The notes beneath the pieces were generated by a model. The model made no database searches. It was not told the origin of the DNA and saw only the letters and a program-made list of their open reading frames with translations. 46,991 nucleotides of DNA from a virus (taxonomy: Duplodnaviria; Caudoviricetes), in the IMG/VR virus record IMGVR_UViG_3300002092_000006, positions 1-46,991 of that record, one strand, 5' to 3'. The position numbers and the translations under genes were made by a program. The stretch's first letter is position 1, and every line of letters begins with the position of its first letter. Of this stretch, positions 7,854 to 17,178 are shown in pieces.

Positions 7854-9719
7854 CTATTGCTTTTTATAATATTTACCATCACTAGCTTGATAATATCCAT
7901 CAGGAACACTTGTAGTCGTAGTATCACCACCCAATCCTAACTGTGCCTTGTCTTCTGCACTTCCATATTTATTAATAAGTGTTTCCGCAGATTTTAATTG
8001 TGAAGAATATCCCTCAATCTTTTGTGTCTCACTAGGATATTGAGTCTTAATAGAATCTACTCCTTGCTTTGCTTCTATGTATGCAGGTAGTGCAGCAGAA
8101 ATTTGTTCTTTGACAATATTTTTTGCCTGTGCCTTAATTTGAGCCACTTGATTTGGTGTAAGAATAGTATTTGCACCAATTTTGGAAGACAGTCCAGCTT
8201 TGGCACGCAAACGCTCCCACGCATCTCCCCAAGTACCAGATTCTTGTAAAATATCGGTCTGTCCTTGTCGTACAGCCTGACCTCCAGTGTCTAATTTAAC
8301 AAGAGCATCAATCAATCCAAGTGCAGATACACCCTCTCCACTTGCCGCCTCAATACGAGCCATATATTGCTGTCCAACGGACAAAGACTGTGTTGCTGTG
8401 TTTGTCTTTAAGAAGTCCTGTTCAATTTGTTTTACCTCTTGTCTTGCAGCACTCTCATCTGCTCTCTGATCGCGATTTATAGCCAAAGCCAACATTGCAT
8501 TTGCCTTATCATCTGTCTTTGCTTGATGTGCTTCAAGTGCATCTTGTTTTCTCTGTGCCAGTGCATCACTTGCAGCCTTAGAATCTAGTGCAGCTTGTTT
8601 TGCCTTACTATTAGCCACTTCTGCTTTCATCATAGGTAATGCAAGGTCTTGTGGTACTCCCATTCCTTGTGCAGTCTGTAAGAATGCCTGTACCTTATCA
8701 TACGAACCCGTAATGGCACCTGTACTATCAAATAATTTTGCTATATCAGGATTACCAGTAATTACTTTAGAGAAATTATCTATTGAAGTATTAAGTTGTG
8801 CAGAAGCATCCTTTTTTAACTGTTGCTGATTTGAGAAATCAGTCTGTACTGCACTTGTAAGCTGATTATGAATATTATCTAATTGTGATTGATGTGCTAT
8901 TGATAGATTTGTTAATTGTGTATTCATATCATAAGTAGCTTGTGATATAGCGGTATCATATTTACTACCAATTCCTGAAAGATATTGTTCTCTATCACTA
9001 CCACTTCCTTGTGGATTATTTGTACCATATGAAGTTGTAGCTGCATTCACTGCATTCTGCTTATCTAAATTTAACTTATCTATATTCGCCTGTAATGCAC
9101 GTTGTTTAGCAGCTAAATCACTCTGATATTGTTGATTTGTTAAATTAGTTGCTTCATTAGCTTGATTATAAGCAGTAGATAGACTTGGACTTGTACCAGC
9201 AGGTACTTGATAATTATATCCAGTTGAGGCACTTTGTGGTGTGCCATCAGGATTATAGAGTCCTGTATAGGTGGAGGGATTTGAAGTATAGGCAGGTGTT
9301 GGACCACTTTGATTTTGAGGGGCAGGTGTATATTTAAAAGTTCCGTCATTGAGAGTTGAAATTGATGAACCATCAGCATTGTATTGATTTGATTTTACTC
9401 CAGTTGGGTCTGTTGTAGAGGTTGGGCTTGCACCCCCAATACTTGTAAGAGCAGAAGTCATTGTATTATTAGTCGCTGTATTCATTCCTTGTGAAGGAGA
9501 ACCAGAAATTGTTTTAGGATCTGTACTTCCACCCACACCATTTACCTTTGCCAATAGTGCCATATTTTGAGCAGAAGTACCTGTATATCCTGTCATACCA
9601 TAAGTACCAGCAAGAGCAGTTCTATCTACTAAAGAATTAGGCATACCTTTTTGAGCCAAAGTATCTACGATAGAATTTGGGTCAAATTTAGTATTTTGTT
9701 GTATTGTTGGGTCTGGCAT
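7854..9719 (-). CDS. Internal virion / ejection (pilot) protein (putative)
   Basis: Q/A/N/T-rich helical 621 aa protein after the fibre gene; N-terminal motif RTALA..YG..GYTGT..QN..LL. Confidence 0.55.
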   Translation of the reverse strand: MPDPTIQQNTKFDPNSIVDTLAQKGMPNSLVDRTALAGTYGMTGYTGTSAQNMALLAKVNGVGGSTDPKTISGSPSQGMNTATNNTMTSALTSIGGASPTSTTDPTGVKSNQYNADGSSISTLNDGTFKYTPAPQNQSGPTPAYTSNPSTYTGLYNPDGTPQSASTGYNYQVPAGTSPSLSTAYNQANEATNLTNQQYQSDLAAKQRALQANIDKLNLDKQNAVNAATTSYGTNNPQGSGSDREQYLSGIGSKYDTAISQATYDMNTQLTNLSIAHQSQLDNIHNQLTSAVQTDFSNQQQLKKDASAQLNTSIDNFSKVITGNPDIAKLFDSTGAITGSYDKVQAFLQTAQGMGVPQDLALPMMKAEVANSKAKQAALDSKAASDALAQRKQDALEAHQAKTDDKANAMLALAINRDQRADESAARQEVKQIEQDFLKTNTATQSLSVGQQYMARIEAASGEGVSALGLIDALVKLDTGGQAVRQGQTDILQESGTWGDAWERLRAKAGLSSKIGANTILTPNQVAQIKAQAKNIVKEQISAALPAYIEAKQGVDSIKTQYPSETQKIEGYSSQLKSAETLINKYGSAEDKAQLGLGGDTTTTSVPDGYYQASDGKYYKKQ

Positions 9720-9725
9720 ATATTT

Positions 9726-11120
9726 TTAATATTCTATTGAAAAGTTATATGCTATAGATGCCGCTCCTGCTCCGTTTGGAGCAGTCCAAACTATATCAAA
9801 AGTTGTAGCTGTCACATTTCCAATAATACCTAATAAGTCTGAAGCAGCACTCAGAGCAGTATTGGTATATATTACATAAACTGCTCCAGTTGCAGAAGTA
9901 CCCGATTGGTTTTGGGTTGGATTTGTATTTGTTTGACCTATATATGCACAAGATTGTCCAGATGAGTCGTAAGTACCCCACGACATAGCTGCCGTAATAA
10001 CAAGGGAATTACCTCCTCCATTTCCACTTGCTGATATTAAAATTCTTTTTGGAATTGTACTTCCTCCGTGAGTTACAGTTTGTGTTCCTGTTGCAGACCT
10101 TGTTCCAACTCCTTGTTTGAAAGTTCCTACAAAAGTTGAAGCATTCGCAATAGGATTCTGCATAACCCAGCGAGTATTTCCTAAGTCGTACATAAATGTA
10201 CAATACATATTAGCTGCAATGTCAGACACTGCTAATGCTGTACCAGCGAGTTTTACTATTGTCTTAGCCCCTAGACCATTTACATTTAATGTTGGTGTAG
10301 TTGTACTATTAGCCACATCCATTTTTATATACACAAGCATTCCATCTGTCAGTGAAGTTGGAACTGGAGAAAGTGTAGCTACATAAGCAGTTGTTGAAGC
10401 AGAAGTTACAAGGAAAAACTTTTCTGCATTGTGTTGTAATCCTGTTTGAGTAACATATTTATTACCTGTACCTACAGCAACATCAGTATTATTTCCAACT
10501 AAAGCAAGAGCTTCACCCGTTGTTGGTACTCGTGTATCATTATCTCCCACAGCAATAGGAATAGTTGCAGAAACTGCTGCAACCGAAAGACGAGTTATAC
10601 CATAAACTGAATCAGTAGCCTTAGGTGCTCCTGCAATAGCAGTATCATCAACATATTTCTTATTTGCAACCTGATAATTTGTAGTTGGGGCAGAGCTTGG
10701 CGTAATAGGAAATTGAGAAAAGGTATTTAGACCCGTAAAGGTATTGTCTGCTACCAGTGCAGGAATATCCAAAAGATTGTGTGTTCCAAAAGATATAATT
10801 ACAGGTACTCCTACTACATTAAATTTTTGATTTGCTGCAATTTGATTATTTCCTTTAAAGGAGAGTCCTCGTAAGCAACCTGTCAAAGTACCTGTAGGAC
10901 TTGTCGTAGCTGTAATACCTGTAAAAGAGGCAAATTCTACTGCAGAAAGAGAGATTGGATTGATTGTAATAATTCCTCGTCCATATCTTGCAAAATCAGC
11001 AGTATTTACCACTTGACCATCTTGGGTATATATTGTAGAAAGAGAAATAGAAGTGTCATTACCACCTACAGTAAGTGTTTGATTTAAAGAAGAGATAAAA
11101 TAATTTGGTAATCCAGCCAT
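9726..11120 (-). CDS. Tail fibre protein
   Basis: Fibre-type motifs APTTNYQVANKKYVD, ATDSVYGITRLS, TLNVNGLGAKTI; T/G/S rich. Confidence 0.75.
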   Translation of the reverse strand: MAGLPNYFISSLNQTLTVGGNDTSISLSTIYTQDGQVVNTADFARYGRGIITINPISLSAVEFASFTGITATTSPTGTLTGCLRGLSFKGNNQIAANQKFNVVGVPVIISFGTHNLLDIPALVADNTFTGLNTFSQFPITPSSAPTTNYQVANKKYVDDTAIAGAPKATDSVYGITRLSVAAVSATIPIAVGDNDTRVPTTGEALALVGNNTDVAVGTGNKYVTQTGLQHNAEKFFLVTSASTTAYVATLSPVPTSLTDGMLVYIKMDVANSTTTPTLNVNGLGAKTIVKLAGTALAVSDIAANMYCTFMYDLGNTRWVMQNPIANASTFVGTFKQGVGTRSATGTQTVTHGGSTIPKRILISASGNGGGNSLVITAAMSWGTYDSSGQSCAYIGQTNTNPTQNQSGTSATGAVYVIYTNTALSAASDLLGIIGNVTATTFDIVWTAPNGAGAASIAYNFSIEY

Positions 11121-11146
11121 ATATGTTTTTTATTATAATACTTAAT

Positions 11147-13057
11147 TTATAAATTGACAACTGGTACAGATGCAGGTCCTAATACAAGATTTGTTTCTAT
11201 TGACTGTTCTGGTTGGGTAATAAGGGTTAGCTTTGAAATTCCCCATTGAGCACCTAAATCAACTGTAAAGAAATTGACTTGCACATTATGTTCTCTATAT
11301 GCTTGTGAAACTTCTAAATAACACCTGAAAAATAAAGGATTTTGAAGTTGTTGAATAGTGGCTAAATCTAAACCTCCCAATAAAGGAGAAGCAAGAGTAA
11401 ATCTTCCTAGTCCACCACTAAAGGAATTTGAGGTTATGGTACTATTATTTCCTAAGATTTGATAGGATTGAGAACCAAGTGCTCCATTTTCATTATATAG
11501 TGTTTGAGCGTATAATTTGGTATTTTTTGATATAAAACCCTCAATATAAATGTATTGACCACGTATTAAGGTTGCTGGACTATTCAAATCATATCTTTTA
11601 CTTTGAACAAAAGATATATATGGATTAGGATTTGATGAAACAGCATCTTGGTATCCCTCGTATGTTTGATAAAGACCACCATCATTAGCAGATAAATAAT
11701 ATAGAACTTGATTTATTGGTTTTATATCAACTGCATTCCAATTATCAAATATAGTCCAAGCACTTAATGTTGTATTTTTACCTGCTCGTACTAAGTCATA
11801 CATTAAAACTAAATTATTAACATTTGTTGGTACTCCAATAGTAGGGAGAGAAACTAGCCAATATAATTTTTGTGCAAAACCACAAGTACGAGATATGGAA
11901 AAATCTAGTAATTCTGTAAGCAAATTATTTATTTTGTTTGAAAGTATATTCAATCCTGAACCTGTACTTGTACCAGTTTGAGATGGACTAAAAGATACAA
12001 TACCTTCACCAACAGTAGGATAGTAAAGTAAATTCATATAATTTAATATTTCTGAATTATTTGCAGGTCCTATTCCATCACCAGAGATAAGAGGAAATAC
12101 TTGTACTATAAATCCTGAATTATCTGATGCATTATTAAATGTAAATTCTGAAATAACATCAATTTTTTCTATTGTCAAGAATTGACCATAATCGGTCATA
12201 CCAAGTATGCCACCCTTGCCTTTATAAACAGTATAAAAACCTCCTGAATTAATACTTGCAGATACTGTATGGTCTTCAGGATTACCTACAATAGAATAAT
12301 GAAGTGTATTTTCTGCACCAACAGAATTGGCAGTAAATAATCTGCCGAAAGATTTTACAAAGACACTTGCTCGTGGTATTCCTGAATCTGCATTTGCTAC
12401 ATCTTGTATTGGTACTGTTACAGTTGAACCAACAGGCACTATTGCCCCTATTGCACCAGTTAAAGTTATAATTCCCGTAGTTGTATCATTTGCAGTATAT
12501 GCCTTTACAATTTGTGTAAGACCATTTTGGATAATTACATTTCCTGTTGCTGGAAAAGATTTTGAGTTGGTTAATGTAATTGTTGCATCTATTGCGGTTG
12601 TAGCCACACTAAGTGTATTTACTGCCATAATCCATTTCATTACGTCAGTTACTCCATCACCAAAATAAAATCTATCATCTGTCGTTCCATTATTCCAAGA
12701 AGTAGAGCCATAAAAGACACCACCTGTTGCAGGGGTATATGCTTGATTTAATTTTACCCACTGATTATTTATCTCATCTTTTAGATAAAAATTTGTACCA
12801 TAATTTGCAATTCCATAATCAATACCAGCGGAATTAGTTGCTACAAGTAGTTGAAATGGATTTGATGTCTCTCCTGTTGGTTTTGCTAGATTAAGTAGAG
12901 AACCCTTGCGATTCTGAAGAATACCATCATCAAAAACCATATTACGAATATTTGCAACTTCAATATCCTGTATATCATCAGGAGAATCAAAGGTATTTAA
13001 TCCACCGATTAAATTTGGAATCTTATAAAGTTGTGTCGTTGGATTAAGTATTGGCAT
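11147..13057 (-). CDS. Tail nozzle / DNA stabilisation protein (P22 gp10 / tubular protein B-like)
   Basis: N-terminal GGLN..DSP.DI...E.....NM..D.G.L..RKG; beta-rich 636 aa; follows the adaptor gene. Confidence 0.65.
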   Translation of the reverse strand: MPILNPTTQLYKIPNLIGGLNTFDSPDDIQDIEVANIRNMVFDDGILQNRKGSLLNLAKPTGETSNPFQLLVATNSAGIDYGIANYGTNFYLKDEINNQWVKLNQAYTPATGGVFYGSTSWNNGTTDDRFYFGDGVTDVMKWIMAVNTLSVATTAIDATITLTNSKSFPATGNVIIQNGLTQIVKAYTANDTTTGIITLTGAIGAIVPVGSTVTVPIQDVANADSGIPRASVFVKSFGRLFTANSVGAENTLHYSIVGNPEDHTVSASINSGGFYTVYKGKGGILGMTDYGQFLTIEKIDVISEFTFNNASDNSGFIVQVFPLISGDGIGPANNSEILNYMNLLYYPTVGEGIVSFSPSQTGTSTGSGLNILSNKINNLLTELLDFSISRTCGFAQKLYWLVSLPTIGVPTNVNNLVLMYDLVRAGKNTTLSAWTIFDNWNAVDIKPINQVLYYLSANDGGLYQTYEGYQDAVSSNPNPYISFVQSKRYDLNSPATLIRGQYIYIEGFISKNTKLYAQTLYNENGALGSQSYQILGNNSTITSNSFSGGLGRFTLASPLLGGLDLATIQQLQNPLFFRCYLEVSQAYREHNVQVNFFTVDLGAQWGISKLTLITQPEQSIETNLVLGPASVPVVNL

Positions 13058-13060
13058 AAT

Positions 13061-14320
13061 TTATGGTCGTCTAAGTAGGGTCTGACCTTGATTTATACAT
13101 CTTTTTCTTGGATATATCTTACCTAAATCTTTTAAATAATCTTGATATTCAGATTTATAAGCAGCCATAAAATCTTTATCTGATGAGAGTTGTGGCATAA
13201 GTATATATGCAGCTCTTAAAGCAATGGGGTTTTGAAAATCAGGGAAAAATTGCATAAAATTTGGTAAGTCATCAAGTGAGTCAAGTATAATTTTATCTGT
13301 AAGTCCATCTGCACTCGTACCTTTGAATTGAGAATAATACACTAAATTCATATTATCAGGATATACTAAATAAAAATCATCAATACGAAAATATGGTATT
13401 GCTACACTTCCAAATCCAGCACCCTCAATATATCTAAATTCATAAGAAGTTATTTGTTGACTATTAGGAGAACCAGTAATAGATACATCTCCCCATTTAT
13501 ATTGACTTCTATTCCAAATTCCATTTAGATTGCTATCTACAAATGGAGTACTATCATCTTGTTCTGTAGCCGAAAAAGTATAATAATTTCCAGTTGATGA
13601 AGTTAAAATTAATTGGATATTTGATATTGCTGTAGTAGGGAGCCAAGAATATACTTTATAAATTCCAAATTGCTTTAATGCTTGTTGAACAGACATAAAA
13701 CCAAAACCAGTAGTTTTTATTCCAGCATATCCGTGTGCTAAGGTTGGATCTATTGTAAAAGATAGGCTACCTCCTGTATTTATGAAAACATTATTATCTA
13801 CTGCAAGATTTGTGGCATCACCAGTAGCAGTGGTTAGATTTGTAGTATTGTATGGATTTATAATTCCACCTGTAAGAATATTAGAACCAATCTGCATTAA
13901 TTGTTTCTTGCCATTTATATTTGTAGAAGAAAATACTTTTTGTCCATAAGCACCTAAAGGATAACCATTACCCCAGCCAAGACCACTACCAGCACCAGAA
14001 GACTGTAAAAGCCTTGTATATTGATTCCATTGCCAACCAGATTGTCCTCCTAAATTATAATTATTATTTACATAATATAAAAGTATAGGTTCATCAAAAT
14101 CAATAGGTAAATCAGTAAATGTATTATCTTGAACATATTGAAAATTAAAAATATTCTCATCGCAAGTTAAACCAAGTTGACGATGCATATCTGCTATAGC
14201 CATATTTAATGCATCAAGCCTTTGTTGTATATCCACATTTCCGACAGTATAATTACTGATAAAATTATTCATCTGACGATAAACTGGTGCTAAACTTCTA
14301 TCAACTGTTTGTATTGGCAT
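13061..14320 (-). CDS. Head-tail adaptor (tubular protein A-like) with inserted beta domain
   Basis: Helical N- and C-termini (LN.AI...; LP.DF; IALRAAY) flank a beta-rich insert; precedes the nozzle gene. Confidence 0.55.
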   Translation of the reverse strand: MPIQTVDRSLAPVYRQMNNFISNYTVGNVDIQQRLDALNMAIADMHRQLGLTCDENIFNFQYVQDNTFTDLPIDFDEPILLYYVNNNYNLGGQSGWQWNQYTRLLQSSGAGSGLGWGNGYPLGAYGQKVFSSTNINGKKQLMQIGSNILTGGIINPYNTTNLTTATGDATNLAVDNNVFINTGGSLSFTIDPTLAHGYAGIKTTGFGFMSVQQALKQFGIYKVYSWLPTTAISNIQLILTSSTGNYYTFSATEQDDSTPFVDSNLNGIWNRSQYKWGDVSITGSPNSQQITSYEFRYIEGAGFGSVAIPYFRIDDFYLVYPDNMNLVYYSQFKGTSADGLTDKIILDSLDDLPNFMQFFPDFQNPIALRAAYILMPQLSSDKDFMAAYKSEYQDYLKDLGKIYPRKRCINQGQTLLRRP

Positions 14321-14367
14321 AACATAATTACATTAAAATAGTAAAATAATCAATATTCTTTATATAA

Positions 14368-14396
14368 ATTATACCATTGACTATTTTTTACTGCAA
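14368..14396 (-). promoter_or_regulatory. Strong promoter for the tail operon
   Basis: TTGCAG-17 nt-(TGg)TATAAT. Confidence 0.75.
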
Positions 14397-14403
14397 CTTA
14401 ACT

Positions 14404-14431
14404 AAAAAGACACCCTTTTCAGAGTGTCTTT
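14404..14431 (-). terminator. Rho-independent terminator (array unit 4)
   Basis: AAAGACACtctgaaaaggGTGTCTTTTT on the minus strand. Confidence 0.7.
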
Positions 14432-14503
14432 AAATTACAATTGTGCATAGCTGTTTTTATCAAAAGTAAATCTCGGCTACTTATATATAATAACATATCC
14501 TAT

Positions 14504-14548
14504 AAAAAAAACAACCCACAAAGGGATTGACACCTAAGTGGGCTGTTT
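14504..14548 (-). terminator. Rho-independent terminator (array unit 3)
   Basis: AAACAGCCCAC...GTGGGTTGTTTTTTTT. Confidence 0.65.
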
Positions 14549-14611
14549 AGCTCGTTGAAAATTTATATAAAATACAAAAGACGAGCCACTTTTATATTAG
14601 CATATTTAAAC

Positions 14612-14639
14612 AAAAAACAACACTCCTTAAAATGTTGTT
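14612..14639 (-). terminator. Rho-independent terminator (array unit 2)
   Basis: AACAACATTttaaggAGTGTTGTTTTTT. Confidence 0.55.
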
Positions 14640-14800
14640 AATTGTTGTGCAAATAGAATTTATTTGATTTATCGAAAATTTATTTTTATTGTATTTGGTT
14701 TTTATATTACACCACTAAAGTGGGAAGAGTTTATACCTTGTGAGTACAAACTGTAAAAAGAACAAATGATGCCTAGCACAATCAGCATCGGTCTGAATAT

Positions 14801-14829
14801 ATTATATAACATAAAAGCCCCTCGTGCAA
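14801..14829 (-). promoter_or_regulatory. Promoter overlapping the cassette terminator
   Basis: TTGCAC-17 nt-TATAAT. Confidence 0.65.
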
Positions 14830-14841
14830 TTACAAGGGGCT
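14813..14841 (-). terminator. Terminator closing the GC-rich cassette
   Basis: AGCCCCT-loop-AGGGGCTTTT. Confidence 0.7.
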
Positions 14842-14898
14842 GGCAAACGATGCGTAGTCTATTAACCGATAGACGAGCGGTAGATTGGATGAATCACC

Positions 14899-15078
14899 TT
14901 ACCTTTCTGCATAGGTATGCAAGACGTGTCCGCTTGGGTGGAACCTAAACCACATTTGACGTGGGCGTCTTGCTTTTGGCAGATTATTCCGCCAGTCTTT
15001 TCCACAGTGGTCGCATTGACCCCGTTGTGGGTTCGTTGTGATGTGGCACTTGAAGCACACGACTTTCTTCTGTTGCAT
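14899..15078 (-). CDS. Zn-ribbon microprotein (59 aa, not in ORF track)
   Basis: MQQKKVVCFKCHITTNPQRGQCDHCGKDW...; two CxxC pairs; GGAG SD 6 nt upstream. Confidence 0.65.
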   Translation of the reverse strand: MQQKKVVCFKCHITTNPQRGQCDHCGKDWRNNLPKARRPRQMWFRFHPSGHVLHTYAER

Positions 15079-15340
15079 CTTTCGCTCCTATGGAGTTGAG
15101 GAATTGGTTGTCCTTGTCGGTCAGTGTGAGCTGACGGGTCAAAGATGGAAGTGGTGCTTTTCTCTGTGGGCATTGCCTGAGCAAGTAGCCGAAAGAGAGT
15201 GAGATGGTTGAGACTGTTTGGCAAGTCGGGCAGTATGCTTCGACCAGAAGCGACTGGGCTTCTGTTACGAGCAGACTGTTAATCCGAACCTTCCGCCCAC
15301 ATTGGCAGTTGATTGCCAACGGTGTACACTTCAATGTCAT
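14984..15340 (-). CDS. Zn-finger-like hypothetical protein
   Basis: NCQCG...YCPTCQ; GGAG upstream; GC-rich cassette. Confidence 0.6.
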   Translation of the reverse strand: MTLKCTPLAINCQCGRKVRINSLLVTEAQSLLVEAYCPTCQTVSTISLSFGYLLRQCPQRKAPLPSLTRQLTLTDKDNQFLNSIGAKDATEESRVLQVPHHNEPTTGSMRPLWKRLAE

Positions 15341-15503
15341 CGGGAACTCCTGCGATGTGAGTCACATCAAGGTTGTGGTCGTTGCGGTTGTAACAGACCA
15401 TTACGCGTAGTCTGTCGAAAAAGTTGACGAAGTGGATTGTCCACGCTTCACAGTGTCTGCAATAGCACACTGTTGTTGAGGGTTTGCCACTTAGGATTGG
15501 CAT
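15279..15503 (-). CDS. Small Cys/His protein, first gene of the GC-rich cassette
   Basis: CYCRHC...H...C; strong SD AGAAAGGAG before the ATG. Confidence 0.6.
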   Translation of the reverse strand: MPILSGKPSTTVCYCRHCEAWTIHFVNFFDRLRVMVCYNRNDHNLDVTHIAGVPDDIEVYTVGNQLPMWAEGSD

Positions 15504-15545
15504 TGTGATTCTCCTTTCTGCTGACGAGGTGCAACTTCTAATATA

Positions 15546-15590
15546 AGTATGTACCTATTTTTTTATTTGTAAATATTAAAATGTGGATAA
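15546..15590 (-). promoter_or_regulatory. Cassette promoter with upstream DnaA box
   Basis: TTATCCACA-8 nt-TTTACA-16 nt-CATACT. Confidence 0.5.
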
Positions 15591-15614
15591 AAATATTATG
15601 TATAGATTAAGAAA

Positions 15615-15650
15615 AAGAAAAACCACCCGTCGAAAAGGTGGTTTTTTCTT
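15615..15650 (-). terminator. Terminator after the lysis genes
   Basis: AAAAACCACC...GGTGGTTTTT inverted repeat with A/T tails on both sides. Confidence 0.8.
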
Positions 15651-15696
15651 ATAGCCGAAGTTTTGATTGTTTAAAAGATGTTACTTTGCTATTTTA

Positions 15697-15921
15697 TTAT
15701 TGTACATTACTATCACTATTTCCTGCAAGTAGGTGTTCAGCAAATCCTAGTATTGCAATAATAGAAGTAAAATCTCCTGTCTTATTGCCTTGTAGAGCTT
15801 GTAATCCACCCACCACAAACATTATTGCCCACATAGCTATTGTTCTCCAACTGTGCCAATTAGTCATATTATTTTTTGTTAAACTATTAAATGCTAATTC
15901 TTCAAATTCTGGGTCATTCAT
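15697..15921 (-). CDS. Putative holin (2 TM)
   Basis: SWRTIAMWAIMFVVGGLQAL and FTSIIAILGF; directly after the putative lysin. Confidence 0.6.
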   Translation of the reverse strand: MNDPEFEELAFNSLTKNNMTNWHSWRTIAMWAIMFVVGGLQALQGNKTGDFTSIIAILGFAEHLLAGNSDSNVQ

Positions 15922-15925
15922 AGAT

Positions 15926-16615
15926 TTATTCTGCTATTGCTCCTACTCCAAAATTTACTCCATCAAAAAGTACTACAACTTCGCTAGTACACTTTGAAAC
16001 TGCGTCTGCACCTGAAGTGAAATCGTGATTTTGTCCTACACTTTCTACTGCATTAGTGGTTACATCATAAGTATTTACGATACCATCAGTCAAAAAATTC
16101 TTTACATATTTAATCATATTTTTATTTATATTAGTTGGTAATGTGCCGACCTTTGTTCCTGTTACTGGACTTGGTATGGGAATTGATATACTTGCCGTTA
16201 CTGGACTTGTAGGTTCTGCAGAAATTATCTTTAAAATAAATGGTTGCTTATTAAGCAAAGTATTAAATTTATTTACTGTAATTGTACTATTTATTATATC
16301 TCGTTGTCCATCTTTGTTAAGATCTGTGTAATCTGTACCAAGTAAAATACAACCTATAACATCATAAAAGTAATTGCCTTTATGTATTAAAATTCCATCT
16401 CTATTAGGTACATTTGTTACGTGATAAACACCAAAAGGAAATTTAAGAGTATGTATAAATTCGCAGATGTATTCTCCTGTGGGTATACAAGATACATCTC
16501 TTTTATTATCTAGCCACGGTCTTTCAAGAGTCTTACAAGCGAAACCATTAAATGCTAGTTCGCCTAGAGTTTCTTTCCCTGTATCTATATTTCTTTGTAG
16601 TATTACTTTATTCAT
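15926..16615 (-). CDS. DUF5675-family protein (L,D-transpeptidase-like fold), putative endolysin
   Basis: TLGEL, CKTLERPW.DN...SCIP.GEY, GILIHKGN...D..GCILLG. Confidence 0.75.
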   Translation of the reverse strand: MNKVILQRNIDTGKETLGELAFNGFACKTLERPWLDNKRDVSCIPTGEYICEFIHTLKFPFGVYHVTNVPNRDGILIHKGNYFYDVIGCILLGTDYTDLNKDGQRDIINSTITVNKFNTLLNKQPFILKIISAEPTSPVTASISIPIPSPVTGTKVGTLPTNINKNMIKYVKNFLTDGIVNTYDVTTNAVESVGQNHDFTSGADAVSKCTSEVVVLFDGVNFGVGAIAE

Positions 16616-16634
16616 ATTTTTTATTATTACCTTT

Positions 16635-16775
16635 TTATGCTAATGCTCTACGATAATATATTTTTGGAACACTTTGTGTAACTTTTTTCCTTTGCAAAAC
16701 TATACTTGCTTTCTTGGGATTAAAAGTACCTGTTAACATTTTTGCACCTTTTGGTATTTTTGATATACTTTTCAT
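16635..16775 (-). CDS. Basic micropeptide (46 aa, not in ORF track)
   Basis: MKSISKIPKGAKMLTGTFNPKKASIVLQRKKV...; fills the gap between co-oriented genes. Confidence 0.5.
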   Translation of the reverse strand: MKSISKIPKGAKMLTGTFNPKKASIVLQRKKVTQSVPKIYYRRALA

Positions 16776-16778
16776 ATA

Positions 16779-17177
16779 CTATTTTTGTGGGGGTATTCCT
16801 ATTAAATTATAATCTTTATTTAGTTCTAATATTACGTCTGATACTGTTTGTGGTCTTTCATTTTTTATTGTTTCTCTTATAAAGTTTTCTTGGTCATATT
16901 TTTGAACTTGATAAAATAAAGTTATAAATGCTCCACCAAAAAAAATTATAACAGCAACTGCACCAGAAAGCCACATTTTCCAACCTTTCAGGTTATCAGT
17001 AGTTTTTTTAATATTTTCATAATCAGATGTTTTTATTTCTAAAAGATTTACTCTACCATTTGTTTTAGTGGTTTGCATTCTTATTTCTTTTAGTATTTCA
17101 TCTTGAGTATCTAATCTTTTAAACAAATTTTGTCTAAAAGTTGTTTCCTCTCTTAAACTGTATTCTTCTTCCGACAT
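16779..17177 (-). CDS. Single-TM lysis-region protein (holin/antiholin-like)
   Basis: Coiled coil with QTTKTNGRV motif, then TM segment WLSGAVAVIIFFGGAFITLF. Confidence 0.6.
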   Translation of the reverse strand: MSEEEYSLREETTFRQNLFKRLDTQDEILKEIRMQTTKTNGRVNLLEIKTSDYENIKKTTDNLKGWKMWLSGAVAVIIFFGGAFITLFYQVQKYDQENFIRETIKNERPQTVSDVILELNKDYNLIGIPPQK

Positions 17178-17178
17178 T

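Larger units (their letters stand above)
14404..14795 (-). ncRNA. Candidate tandem small-RNA array (3-4 promoter-RNA-terminator units)
   Basis: Repeating pattern of -10 box, then a 70-100 nt stem-loop segment, then a U-tailed hairpin; no long ORF on this strand. Confidence 0.45.

Noticed and set aside
14862-15224. 120-aa minus-strand ORF in the GC cassette
   Set aside because: It overlaps two better-supported ORFs that have SD sites and Zn motifs; probably a by-product of higher GC.
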